Source: Patescibacteria group bacterium (GTDB taxonomy: Bacteria; Patescibacteriota; Patescibacteriia; JAQUQO01). From it: 64,000 nt of DNA. Position 1 is the stretch's first letter; each line of letters opens with the position of its first letter. A model generated the notes under the pieces. That model ran no database searches, had not been told where the DNA came from, and saw only the letters and a program-made list of their open reading frames with translations. The DNA lies in assembly GCA_028716045.1 (NCBI GenBank), contig JAQUQO010000001.1, positions 192,942 through 256,941 of the forward strand. The letters run 5' to 3'. Shown here piece after piece: positions 1 through 9,329 of the stretch. The translations under genes were made by a program, and so were the position numbers.

Positions 1-47
1 GTTTGGAAATCAGCGTCTACGCCACGGTGGTTTACGAGATAAAATAG
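1..47 (+). CDS. 3' end of upstream gene, probably SIMPL (DUF541) family
   Basis: Frame from nt 3 reads LEISVYATVVYEIK* (TAG 45-47), resembling the SIMPL C-terminus; partial. Confidence 0.45.
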   Translation, partial: LEISVYATVVYEIK

Positions 48-78
48 CTGATAGCTAACAGACTACCGACTACAGCTT
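44..78 (+). repeat. Five degenerate 7-mers upstream of the four-helix-bundle gene
   Basis: ATAGCTG ATAGCTA ACAGACT ACCGACT ACAGCTT, then ATG. Confidence 0.7.
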
Positions 79-435
79 ATGAGTTTTAGATTTGAAAATT
101 TAGAAATTTGGCAATTAAGTCGTTCTTTTGCGGGAGAAATTTACAGAAAAACCAAGAATTTCCCCAAAGAAGAAATTTTTGGGTTAGTTTCTCAATTAAG
201 ACGTGCCGCCATTTCTATTGTTTTAAATATCGCAGAGGGGAGTGATAGAAAGTCGGATATGGAATTTATTAGATTTTTAAGAATATCCGTTGCTTCTTTA
301 GATGAGGTTATTGCCGCTTTGTATATTGCTTTAGATCAAGAGTTTATGATGAAAGATGACTTTGATGCGCTTTATGCAGAAGCAAATATGTTGGCGGCTA
401 AGATAAATGCTTTGGTAAATTCAATTAAGAAATAA
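79..435 (+). CDS. Four helix bundle protein (23S rRNA IVP / bAvd-like family)
   Basis: FENLEIWQ..FPKEEIFGLVSQLRRAAISIVLNIAEG family motif. Confidence 0.93.
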   Translation: MSFRFENLEIWQLSRSFAGEIYRKTKNFPKEEIFGLVSQLRRAAISIVLNIAEGSDRKSDMEFIRFLRISVASLDEVIAALYIALDQEFMMKDDFDALYAEANMLAAKINALVNSIKK

Positions 436-454
436 TTATATTGGTTAGCGGTTT

Positions 455-489
455 TAGCTGTAGTCAGTAAGCCGTAGACCGTAAGCTTT
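455..489 (-). repeat. Inverted 7-mer array downstream of the four-helix-bundle gene
   Basis: TAGCTGT AGTCAGT AAGCCGT AGACCGT AAGCTTT; approximate reverse complement of 44-78. Confidence 0.7.
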
Positions 490-492
490 TTT

Positions 493-1767
493 ATGAAAAT
501 TAAACAAATCCATGCCCGCGAAATTCTCGATTCCCGCGGTAATCCCACTATATCTGTGAAAGTAATTTTAACTGACGGAACGGTTGGCGTTGCTTCGGTT
601 CCTTCGGGCGCTTCCACCGGAGTACACGAGGCCTTGGAATTGCGCGATGGTGATAAAAAAAGATACGGCGGTAAGGGCGTGTTAAGGGCGGTAAATAATG
701 TTAATAAGAAAATATTTCCCAGATTGAAAGGAATGAATATTATAAACCAGCGGGAAATTGACGAGAAAATACTCAAGCTTGACGGCACGAAAAACAAAAG
801 CCGACTGGGAGCTAATGCGATTTTGGGGGTGTCTTTGGCTTGCGCCCATGCGGGAGCTAATTATAAAAAACAGCCGCTCTATAGATATATTCGTGGCGTT
901 TACCGTTTAAAATATAAGGGCTGGAAATTGCCCGTTCCGACCATGAATATTATTAACGGCGGCAAACACGCGGATAACAATTTGTCCCTGCAGGAATTTA
1001 TGATTGTTCCGCTTGGCAAGAAGATGAAAGAGCGGGTGAGAGTCGGCGCCGAGATATTTCAGGCGTTAAAGAAAATTCTCAAATCCAAAAAGCAAGTGAC
1101 GGCCGTGGGTGATGAAGGCGGTTTCGCGCCGAATTTAAAAAGCAACGAAGCGGCGTTTGAACTCATTATCCAAGCGATTAAAAAAGCTGGCTATAAATTA
1201 GGCAAAGACGTGGCTACTGCCTGCGATGTGGCGGCTTCGGAATTTCATAATGATAAAACCGGCGGCTATCGCTGGGATAAAGCGGATTGGAATAAAACCG
1301 GCAAAGTCAGAGAATTGTTTTACAAAGATTTAATCGCTAAATATAAAGCGTGGCCGAAAAAATACGGCGTAATTTCCATTGAAGACGGGCTGGCGGAAGA
1401 CGACTGGGAAAATTGGCGGAAGATGACCAGCCAAATCGGCAAAAAAGTGATTTTGGTCGGCGATGATTTATTTGTGACCAATAGCGAGAGGTTGCGGCAG
1501 GGGATAAAGACGGGAGTGGCCAATGCCATTTTAATCAAAGTCAATCAAATCGGGACTTTATCGGAAACGATTGACGCGATAAAATTAGCGCAGAAGCATG
1601 GCTATAAAACCAGCATTTCCCATCGTTCGGGCGAGACAGCTGACACCACCATCGCTGATTTGGCCGTGGCAGTCAATTCGGAATTTATCAAAACCGGTTC
1701 GCTGTCCCGCAGTGAGCGAGTGGAAAAATATAATCGGTTAATGGAAATTGAGGAGGAATTAAGATAA
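493..1767 (+). CDS. eno: Enolase
   Basis: [45 protein letters not shown]. Confidence 0.99.
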   Translation: MKIKQIHAREILDSRGNPTISVKVILTDGTVGVASVPSGASTGVHEALELRDGDKKRYGGKGVLRAVNNVNKKIFPRLKGMNIINQREIDEKILKLDGTKNKSRLGANAILGVSLACAHAGANYKKQPLYRYIRGVYRLKYKGWKLPVPTMNIINGGKHADNNLSLQEFMIVPLGKKMKERVRVGAEIFQALKKILKSKKQVTAVGDEGGFAPNLKSNEAAFELIIQAIKKAGYKLGKDVATACDVAASEFHNDKTGGYRWDKADWNKTGKVRELFYKDLIAKYKAWPKKYGVISIEDGLAEDDWENWRKMTSQIGKKVILVGDDLFVTNSERLRQGIKTGVANAILIKVNQIGTLSETIDAIKLAQKHGYKTSISHRSGETADTTIADLAVAVNSEFIKTGSLSRSERVEKYNRLMEIEEELR

Positions 1768-1789
1768 TGCTTAAACAAGTATTTTAAAT

Positions 1790-2668
1790 ATGAAAGAAAA
1801 ACCCCAAGAAAGACCTGAACTTAATCCTTCGCCCGAGTTTGATGTCGGACAGGAATGTGAAAGAGCTGGTTTTAAAATTGAAGATTATCCGGATTTAGCA
1901 GAACGTCTTACTGAACTTAACCAGACCGAATATCCGCATTTCAAAGATGCGGTGATTATGTCAAGAATTATTAAAGCTCTGGCCCAGCCGCTCAATGAAA
2001 AACTTAGATTAAACCTCTCTCCGCAAAAACTTGAAATAACTGCCCTTCTCCATGATATCGGCAAAAGCGGGCCGGCTGACGCCAATTCCGAGGAACGTTT
2101 ATTCGTGGCCGGTGTTATGTTTAACAATAAAAAATTCACGGGGATGAAAGAACTAACCATTAAAGAAGCCTTGAAACGTGAAAAGATTAAATTAAGCCCC
2201 TCTGGCGGTTCTTTTTTCACCCGTTTGGGCATTGATATCGGCAAAGAAAAGATGCAAGAATTTTGGGCGCGCCATATTTATTGGACCTACGATATTTTAA
2301 AAGAGAACAAGATTTTGGAAAAGGGCAAAAGCAAGTGGTTAGATGAGGAAATTATCAATACTGCCGCTTCGCACCATTTGCTCGAAGGACATAATCCGGC
2401 CAAGATTAATTTGGAAGAAGGGCATGGCGGCGCGGCAGCCATTGAAAGCATTGACCGTTATCAGTTGCTAATTTTAGTTGATAAATACCAGGCCTTTCGG
2501 GAACGAAGTTCTCAAACTCACGAAGAAGCAATCAAGATTCTAAAATTTTTGATTAATCAAAAATTGTCAGATGGTATCATCACCCCAAAGATGCACGAAA
2601 CATATACGACAATTCTTGACCTTTTGAATAAAGAGAAGGACAAAATTATTCCGCTTGTCTTTCCCTGA
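1790..2668 (+). CDS. HD-domain protein
   Basis: ALLHDIGKSGP, later HH and DK motifs. Confidence 0.7.
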   Translation: MKEKPQERPELNPSPEFDVGQECERAGFKIEDYPDLAERLTELNQTEYPHFKDAVIMSRIIKALAQPLNEKLRLNLSPQKLEITALLHDIGKSGPADANSEERLFVAGVMFNNKKFTGMKELTIKEALKREKIKLSPSGGSFFTRLGIDIGKEKMQEFWARHIYWTYDILKENKILEKGKSKWLDEEIINTAASHHLLEGHNPAKINLEEGHGGAAAIESIDRYQLLILVDKYQAFRERSSQTHEEAIKILKFLINQKLSDGIITPKMHETYTTILDLLNKEKDKIIPLVFP

Positions 2669-2683
2669 TAATCTTTTAGTGTT

Positions 2684-2711
2684 TTGACATTTTTTAAAAT
2701 TGACGTATATT
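2684..2711 (+). promoter_or_regulatory. sigma70 promoter
   Basis: TTGACA-16-TATATT upstream of 2792. Confidence 0.55.
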
Positions 2712-2791
2712 AAGAGAGGAGAGTCAAAAAAGACGTTCTTTTATAAAGAAAATTTTGGAGAGAAATTATTTAAACCAGAAAGGAGAAGTCA

Positions 2792-3280
2792 ATGAAAGCT
2801 TTTAAGATGGTGGTTATTATCGTTAATTTGGCGATTATTATGCTTTTGATTCAAGGAAGCGTCGCCGTGCAATCCAAAACCCCCTCGCCTTTGCCCGAGG
2901 AAAAAGCCGAGGTAATGCTTGCCTTCGTCAGTTGCAATTTTGACACCGAAAGCGGCTGCCCGGGGAAAAACCAGATATGTTGCAGGGACTGGTGTGTGCC
3001 CAAAGATCAGTGTGCCAGTTTTTTAAACAGATTGGAGGGGTCAAAACAGAATCAGCAAGCAAGTAATTCGCAAGACAGTAAAATCGAGCAGGTTAAAAAT
3101 TTTGATTGCCAGCAGTTAAAAGAGATTATTGCTAACGATCCGGACATCCTGAAAAAAGTAACTAAGGCTATTGAAGCCAAAAAAAGCAAGTCTGCCGCTC
3201 CTACCAAGGAGGAGCAAAAGATGTCGCCTGACAGAAGTACCGGCTACTTTTGTAACGGCTGGCGATGCGAGTATCGTTGA
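2792..3280 (+). CDS. Hypothetical secreted Cys-rich protein
   Basis: Signal peptide, six-Cys cluster, SD AAGGAG. Confidence 0.7.
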   Translation: MKAFKMVVIIVNLAIIMLLIQGSVAVQSKTPSPLPEEKAEVMLAFVSCNFDTESGCPGKNQICCRDWCVPKDQCASFLNRLEGSKQNQQASNSQDSKIEQVKNFDCQQLKEIIANDPDILKKVTKAIEAKKSKSAAPTKEEQKMSPDRSTGYFCNGWRCEYR

Positions 3281-3305
3281 CAGTACATTTTGAGTTTATT
3301 AAAAC

Positions 3306-3334
3306 ACCGCCCTTATTATAAACGGGCGGTTTTT
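3306..3334 (+). terminator. Intrinsic terminator
   Basis: ACCGCCC..GGGCGGT followed by a T tract. Confidence 0.7.
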
Positions 3335-3378
3335 ATTTTTGAAAAAATCGCTGATATTTGCTATTATTCATTCATAAT

Positions 3379-4968
3379 ATGATTAAACGCGGAAAGATTA
3401 GAAAAAATAAGAACAATAGCCCGTTGGTTTTGATTATTCTTGACGGCTGGGGTTTATCTAAAGAAAAAAAGGGTAATGCCATTGCCTTGGCTAATCCCAA
3501 AAATTTCAATCATTTTTGGGATAATTATTGGCACACCACTTTGTTTGCTCACGGTAAAAACGTTGGCCTTTTGCCAAATCAAGAAGGCAATTCCGAGGCC
3601 GGTCATTTGAATATCGGCGCTGGCAGAATCGTCAAACAGGACGTGGTTTATATTAACGAAGCGATTAAGAACGGAACTTTTTTTAAGAATACCGCTTTTA
3701 AAGAGACCTTAAAATACGCGAAAAAACATAATAGCAAAGTTCATTTAATGGGTCTGCTTTCTAATGGTCAAAGCGCGCACGCTTATCCTTTACATTTATA
3801 TTCTTTATTGAAGTTAGTTCATGAGTCGGGTATAAAAAAAGTTTTTCTGCACCTTTTTACCGATGGGCGCGATACGACCCGCTTTGCCGCTCCGCGGCTG
3901 ATTAAAGAATTAAAACAACGGATGTTTCCAGAACAAAAAATCGCTTCCATCATCGGGCGTTTTTACGCCATGGACCGGAATAAATATTGGGAAAGAACTG
4001 AAGCCGCTTATAACGCTATGGTTTTAGGCAAGGGTCTTAAGGCAAAAAATGAAATGGAAGCTATCACTTCCGCTTATAATCGCGGAGAAACGGATGAGTT
4101 TATCAAACCGACAGTTATCGTTAACGCCGCCGGAAAGCCCTTGACAACGATTGGCGATAAGGACGCCGTAATATTTTTTAATTTACGAAGTGACAGGGCA
4201 AGACAGCTCGCCAAGCCGTTTGTGCAGGCGAATTTCGAAAAAAGTAATGGCCGGGTTTTCAAAAGAAAAAAAGTTTTAAAAAATATCCGTTTTTGCGCTT
4301 TGACTGATTTTGGTCCGGACCTAAATCACATTTGGACGGCTTTTCCAAGCCATAACGTGGAAAAAAGTTTGCCGTTTGTTTTGGGGAAAAATAGTTTAAG
4401 ACAGCTCTATATCGCTGAAAGTGAAAAATACGCCCACATCACTTATTTTATCAACGGTGGCCATGCTGACCCAATCGGTAAAGAAGAGAGAATGAGGATT
4501 CCTTCTCCCCATGTTGACAGTTATGATAAGATTCCAGAGATGAGTGCTTTTAAAATAGCCAGTCGGGCAGTGGGGGCTTTAAAGTCTGGCAAATATAATT
4601 TTATAGCGGTTAATTTCGCTAATCCGGATATGGTGGGCCATACAGGAAATTTAGCGGCCGCAGTTAAGGCCATAAAAGCGGTTGATGAATGTATTGGTAA
4701 AATTTCCCGTGAGGCGGTTAGCAACGGCGGTTTGGCAATTATTACCGCCGACCATGGAAACGCGGAGAGCATGTATGATAAAAGTAAAAAAGAAATTTTG
4801 ACGGAGCATTCAAGAAATCCGGTACCATTTATTTTGGCCGGCAAGAAATATAAATTTAAAAAGGGAAAGAAAATATCCAAAGGTATTTTGGCAGATATAA
4901 CACCGACTATTTTAAAGATTTTAAATATATCAAAACCAAGAGAAATGGCAGGGAAAAGTTTAGTCTAA
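3379..4968 (+). CDS. gpmI: 2,3-bisphosphoglycerate-independent phosphoglycerate mutase
   Basis: ILDGWG, GNSEAGH, DGRD, GRFYAMDR, NPDMVGHTG, ADHGNAE; start moved to ATG 3379. Confidence 0.96.
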   Translation: MIKRGKIRKNKNNSPLVLIILDGWGLSKEKKGNAIALANPKNFNHFWDNYWHTTLFAHGKNVGLLPNQEGNSEAGHLNIGAGRIVKQDVVYINEAIKNGTFFKNTAFKETLKYAKKHNSKVHLMGLLSNGQSAHAYPLHLYSLLKLVHESGIKKVFLHLFTDGRDTTRFAAPRLIKELKQRMFPEQKIASIIGRFYAMDRNKYWERTEAAYNAMVLGKGLKAKNEMEAITSAYNRGETDEFIKPTVIVNAAGKPLTTIGDKDAVIFFNLRSDRARQLAKPFVQANFEKSNGRVFKRKKVLKNIRFCALTDFGPDLNHIWTAFPSHNVEKSLPFVLGKNSLRQLYIAESEKYAHITYFINGGHADPIGKEERMRIPSPHVDSYDKIPEMSAFKIASRAVGALKSGKYNFIAVNFANPDMVGHTGNLAAAVKAIKAVDECIGKISREAVSNGGLAIITADHGNAESMYDKSKKEILTEHSRNPVPFILAGKKYKFKKGKKISKGILADITPTILKILNISKPREMAGKSLV

Positions 4969-4971
4969 TTA

Positions 4972-5047
4972 ATCGCTAATAGCTAATGGACTACGAACTA
5001 CCGTCGAAACTGCTGCCGTAGTCGGTAGTCCATAAGCTCTAAGCTAA
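4972..5047. repeat. ORF-less inverted 7-mer hairpin, same family as the flanks of 79..435
   Basis: ATCGCTA ATAGCTA ATGGACT ACGAACT ... AGTCGGT AGTCCAT AAGCTCT AAGCTAA; 5018-5030 is the exact reverse complement of 61-73. Confidence 0.75.
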
Positions 5048-5050
5048 TCT

Positions 5051-6640
5051 ATGAATGAAGTAATAAAAATTCCAAAACCGATTGTTCTCATTATTCTTGA
5101 TGGTTGGGGAGTGGCTCCGCCGGGCGCGGGCAATGCCATTACCGAGGCCGATACCCCCAATTTTGATAAAATGGTTAATTCATATCCAGCCATGGTTTTG
5201 AAAGCTTCCGGCGAGGTGGTTGGCTTGGGTGAAGGGGAGGCGGGTAATTCGGAAGCCGGTCATGCTACTATCGGCAGCGGGCGGATTTTTTATAAAGATT
5301 TAGTACGGATTAGCAAAACGATAAGGGAAGGCGTTTTGTTAAAAAACAAAAAATTACTCGGCGCTTTTAAACATGCCGCAAAACATAATTCCGACCTTCA
5401 TTTAGTCGGGCTTTTAAGTGACGGCGGTAAGGAAAGCCACAAAGAACATCTTTACGCCCTTTTAGATATGGCGCGCTCCGTGGGTTGGCAAGGAAAAATT
5501 TTTATCCATGCGCTTTTAGATGGTCGGGATGTGGCTTTTAATTCCGGAGAAGATTTTATCAAGGAATTACTGCAAAAGATGCCGCCGGAAGCGAAAATCA
5601 CTTCTCTTTGTGGGCGTTCTTACGCCCTAGACCGCGATGGCCATTGGGAGAAAACCGAAAAAGCTTATCGGGCCATCAGCGAAGGGAAAAGCGAGAAAAA
5701 TTTCAACGACGCTATCTCCGCCATTGAAAATTTTTATGAAAATAAAATTTACGATGAAGATATCCCGCCAATTGTTTTTACTGATGCTCAGGGGACGCCG
5801 TTGGGAAAGATAAAAGATAATGATGCGGTAATTTTCTTTAATTTCGGAATTAGCCGTCTTGAACAATTAATAAAAGCGTTTGCTGATAAAAGATTCAACA
5901 GTTTTAAAAAACAGCCGTTAAAAAATCTTCATTTGGTTTCTTTTTGGAGCCGAGACAGGGGGCTGGCGCTTTCTTTGCCTTTCCCCCGTGAAGTCGCCAG
6001 ACATTATTTAGCCAAAGAATTAAACGAGGCTGGATTGAAGCAGCTTCATGTTGCCGAAAGCGAAAAGTACGCCCACGCCACTTATTATTTTGACGCTTTT
6101 AACGAGGAAAAGGTAAAGGGAGAGGAGTGGGAGCTAATTCCTTCCAAGGGTTCCACGTGTATTGAAGAGCCGGCGATGAGCGCTCGGGAAATAAAAGACA
6201 GAGTGATACGCGCCATTAACAAAGGAGAAGAGGATTTTATAGTTCTAAATTTTGCCAACGCCGACATGCTCGGCCATTACGGGGATTTGGAGGCGGCCAA
6301 AAAGGGGATTGAAGTTTTGGATAAATGCATCGGAGAAATAAAAGAAACAGTTTTATCTAAAGATGGGGTGTTATTTATTGTTGGTAGCCATGGCAATGCC
6401 GAAGAAATTTTACATAGCGGCACCGGCCAAACGAAAAAGACCCATACCGCCAATCCGGTTCCTTTTCTGATTGTCGGCGATGCTTACGAAGGCAGAACCG
6501 GCGGAGTGGAAGTGCCCGGTGGAGACCTTTCTTTGGTAAAACCAGTCGGGAGTTTAATTGACGTCGCCCCGACCATTTTGAAGGTGATGAATCTAAAAAA
6601 GCCGAAAGAAATGAAGGGCAAATCTTTACTTAATAAATAA
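5051..6640 (+). CDS. gpmI: Second, divergent iPGM paralog
   Basis: ILDGWG, GNSEAGH, DGRD, NADMLGH; but GSHGNAE and NFGISR substitutions. Confidence 0.88.
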   Translation: MNEVIKIPKPIVLIILDGWGVAPPGAGNAITEADTPNFDKMVNSYPAMVLKASGEVVGLGEGEAGNSEAGHATIGSGRIFYKDLVRISKTIREGVLLKNKKLLGAFKHAAKHNSDLHLVGLLSDGGKESHKEHLYALLDMARSVGWQGKIFIHALLDGRDVAFNSGEDFIKELLQKMPPEAKITSLCGRSYALDRDGHWEKTEKAYRAISEGKSEKNFNDAISAIENFYENKIYDEDIPPIVFTDAQGTPLGKIKDNDAVIFFNFGISRLEQLIKAFADKRFNSFKKQPLKNLHLVSFWSRDRGLALSLPFPREVARHYLAKELNEAGLKQLHVAESEKYAHATYYFDAFNEEKVKGEEWELIPSKGSTCIEEPAMSAREIKDRVIRAINKGEEDFIVLNFANADMLGHYGDLEAAKKGIEVLDKCIGEIKETVLSKDGVLFIVGSHGNAEEILHSGTGQTKKTHTANPVPFLIVGDAYEGRTGGVEVPGGDLSLVKPVGSLIDVAPTILKVMNLKKPKEMKGKSLLNK

Positions 6641-6650
6641 TCAAATATTT

Positions 6651-7100
6651 ATGAAAGTTAAAGACATAATGAAAAATGACATTGTTTCTATCAAAGTGGG
6701 CGCTACGCTTAAAGACGTAGCTCAGACATTGTTTAAAAAGCAGATTAGCGGGATTTTAGTAATGGCTGGCGAAAAATTAGTTGGTTTTGTTTCAGAAAAA
6801 GACATTTATCGTTTGCTTTATCCGCAGTATAATGATTATTATGAAAATCCGGAATTATCTACTGATTACGAGGATATGGAGAGTCGCGCTCAAGCGGTTA
6901 AGGATAAAAAAGTGGAAGAATTTATGAAAACGCCGGTGATTACACTCCGCCCTGATGACGCAGTAATGAGGGCCGGAGCTATTATGCTTTCCCGCAAACT
7001 AAATCGTTTGCCGGTGGTTGACGAGGAGGGGAAAGTTTTAGGAATAGTGAGCCGTCGCGATATTTATCACGCGATATTTAAAAAAGAATTAGGGATATAA
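6651..7100 (+). CDS. CBS domain pair protein
   Basis: MKVKDIM..; RLPVVDEEGKVLGIVSRRDI. Confidence 0.92.
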   Translation: MKVKDIMKNDIVSIKVGATLKDVAQTLFKKQISGILVMAGEKLVGFVSEKDIYRLLYPQYNDYYENPELSTDYEDMESRAQAVKDKKVEEFMKTPVITLRPDDAVMRAGAIMLSRKLNRLPVVDEEGKVLGIVSRRDIYHAIFKKELGI

Positions 7101-7123
7101 ATTTTTAAGTTCAATTTATTATT

Positions 7124-7984
7124 ATGCCGGAGCTTCCGGAAGTGGAAACTATACGCCGTGATTTAGATTTGAAGTTAAGGGGTAAAAAGATAAGGGATAT
7201 CGCCACCGATAATCCCAAAATGTTTACCCCCAATTTTAATTCTGTCAGAAGGAAGGTAAAGGGCCGTGAGATTAAAAAGATAGAAAGACGCGCTAAAATG
7301 TTGATTATGGGATTAAACGGCGGGATTTTTCTTCTTTTCCACTTGAAAATGACCGGCCAGCTGGTTTATGTCCGCCAAGCGAAAATTACCGCCGGCGGGC
7401 ATCCGATCACGGGGGAGAGAGATTTGCCGAATAAATTCACACACGCCATTTTTTATTTTAATGATAAAAGTATTTTGTATTTTAATGACGTGCGGAAGTT
7501 CGGTTATATAAAATTGGTGGACGGAAAAGGATCGGAAAAAATTGAGGCGGGGATAGGGATAGAACCATTGGAGAAAGAGTTCACTTTGAAGAAATTTATT
7601 GAGCTTGTAAAAAAATATCCCCGCGGAAAAATCAAGCAAGTTTTAATGAGGCAGGAGCTGATTGCCGGCATTGGCAATATTTATTCTGACGAGATTTGTT
7701 TTTTTGCCAAGGTGAAACCAGCGCGGACAGTGGCGAGTTTGTCGGCAGCGGATTTTAAAAAACTTTTTCAGGGCATAAAAAAGATTTTACAGTCAGCCAT
7801 TAAGAATCGCGGGACTTCTTTCAACACCTACGTAGACGCGAGAGGGGAAAAGGGTAATTTTGTGCCCTTGCTTAAAGTTTACGGGCGGGCCGGAGCCAAG
7901 TGCCGTCGCGGGGACGGGGGAGTCATTAAAAAAATAAAGCTAGGCGGCAGAAGCTCGTGTTTTTGCCCGGTTTGCCAAAAATAG
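7124..7984 (+). CDS. mutM: Formamidopyrimidine-DNA glycosylase
   Basis: MPELPEVET, HLKMTG, GIGNIYSDE, C-terminal CPVCQ. Confidence 0.98.
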   Translation: MPELPEVETIRRDLDLKLRGKKIRDIATDNPKMFTPNFNSVRRKVKGREIKKIERRAKMLIMGLNGGIFLLFHLKMTGQLVYVRQAKITAGGHPITGERDLPNKFTHAIFYFNDKSILYFNDVRKFGYIKLVDGKGSEKIEAGIGIEPLEKEFTLKKFIELVKKYPRGKIKQVLMRQELIAGIGNIYSDEICFFAKVKPARTVASLSAADFKKLFQGIKKILQSAIKNRGTSFNTYVDARGEKGNFVPLLKVYGRAGAKCRRGDGGVIKKIKLGGRSSCFCPVCQK

Positions 7985-8050
7985 GAATGTTATTTTTGAA
8001 AAGAACCCCCGGGCGTTGACTAACGTCCGGATTTTTTATATAACTAAAAC

Positions 8051-9208
8051 ATGGTCAAACATATTTTAATACATTACAGTGAAATTGGGTTGAAAGGGGG
8101 CAATCGGGATTTTTTTGAGAAGAAACTAATCTGCAACATCCAAATGGCCCTCGGCGATTTTGATGTTAGGATTAAGAATATTTTTGGGAGATTGCTCTTG
8201 ACTGGAGAATGGCAAGATGAAACGGAAGTGAGTGAAAAGTTATCGCGCGTTTTTGGTATTGCTTATTTTTCTTTTGCTTATTTGGTTAGGTCCGATTTGG
8301 AATCTATTAAAAAAGAGTCGCTGCGTCTTTTAAAAAATCGGGATTTTAAAACTTTTGCCGTGCGAGCGCGGCGGGGTACTAAGAATTTCCCGCTGAAATC
8401 TTTGGAAATAGAGCGGGAAGTCGGCGGTTATATTTTTGAATCTCTTGGTGATAAAAAAGTTAATCTAAAAAATCCGGATATCACTTGTCATATAGAAATA
8501 GTCAACGATTACGTTTTTATTTATTTTGACAAAATAAAAGGTCCGGGCGGATTGCCTGTGGGTACCGCCGGCAAACTAGTTTCCCTTATTTCCGGAGGAT
8601 TTGATTCGCCCGTGGCCTCCTGGCAGATGATGCGGCGCGGGGCGGAAATTATTTTTGTCCATTTTCACAGTTACCCGAATACTTCCAAGGGTTCCTTGGA
8701 AAAAGTCAGAGAGTTGGTTAAAATTTTGAGCCATTATCAGTTTGGCGCCAAATTATATCTTGTGCCGTTTTTAGATATTCAAAAAGAGATTTTTGCCAAC
8801 GCGCCGGAAAAATTAAGGATTGTTTTATATCGCCGGATGATGTTGCGATTAGCCGAAGCCATAGCCCAAAAAGAAAAAGCTTTAGGGCTTGTCACCGGCG
8901 ATAATTTGGGCCAAGTGGCCTCGCAGACATTGGAAAATATGTTGGCCATCGGCGCGGCGGTGTCATTGCCGATTTACCGGCCGCTTGTTTCCTGGGATAA
9001 GGAGGAAATTATAAACTTGGCTAAAAAAATCGGCACGCACGATATTTCCGCCGAACCATTTGACGATTGTTGCTCGCTGTTCGCACCGCGCCATCCGGAA
9101 ACAAGAGCGGATTTGAAAGAAGTGGGAGGGGCGGAAAAAAATTTGAATATTAAAGAAATAGTTGAAAAAACAATAGGGGAGATAGAAATAAGAGATATTG
9201 GATATTAA
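8051..9208 (+). CDS. thiI: tRNA 4-thiouridine synthase (THUMP plus PP-loop)
   Basis: YSEIGLKGGNR, GGLPVG, ISGGFDSPVA, GQVASQT, DCC. Confidence 0.96.
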   Translation: MVKHILIHYSEIGLKGGNRDFFEKKLICNIQMALGDFDVRIKNIFGRLLLTGEWQDETEVSEKLSRVFGIAYFSFAYLVRSDLESIKKESLRLLKNRDFKTFAVRARRGTKNFPLKSLEIEREVGGYIFESLGDKKVNLKNPDITCHIEIVNDYVFIYFDKIKGPGGLPVGTAGKLVSLISGGFDSPVASWQMMRRGAEIIFVHFHSYPNTSKGSLEKVRELVKILSHYQFGAKLYLVPFLDIQKEIFANAPEKLRIVLYRRMMLRLAEAIAQKEKALGLVTGDNLGQVASQTLENMLAIGAAVSLPIYRPLVSWDKEEIINLAKKIGTHDISAEPFDDCCSLFAPRHPETRADLKEVGGAEKNLNIKEIVEKTIGEIEIRDIGY

Positions 9209-9211
9209 AAT

Positions 9212-9244
9212 TAGTTGGTTCAATCTTAAAGATTGAACCAACTA
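9212..9244. repeat. 15-bp-stem palindrome (REP-like or terminator)
   Basis: TAGTTGGTTCAATCT taa AGATTGAACCAACTA. Confidence 0.6.
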
Positions 9245-9268
9245 CTGTAATTTAGCTGTAATTTTAAA

Positions 9269-9300
9269 CTTGACCCGTCGGTCGCGACCGACGGGTCTTG
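9269..9300 (+). mobile_element. 24-bp GTCGCGAC-core palindrome, copy 1, CTTG duplication
   Basis: CTTG ACCCGTCGGTCGCGACCGACGGGT CTTG. Confidence 0.8.
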
Positions 9301-9326
9301 ACGAAATTGTCAAAATGTGATATATT
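9298..9326 (+). promoter_or_regulatory. sigma70 promoter
   Basis: TTGACG-17-TATATT with TGn extension. Confidence 0.65.
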
Positions 9327-9329
9327 GAA

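Noticed and set aside
79-435. Avd of a complete DGR
   Set aside because: No reverse transcriptase or template repeat in the window; motifs fit the stand-alone IVP-type family.
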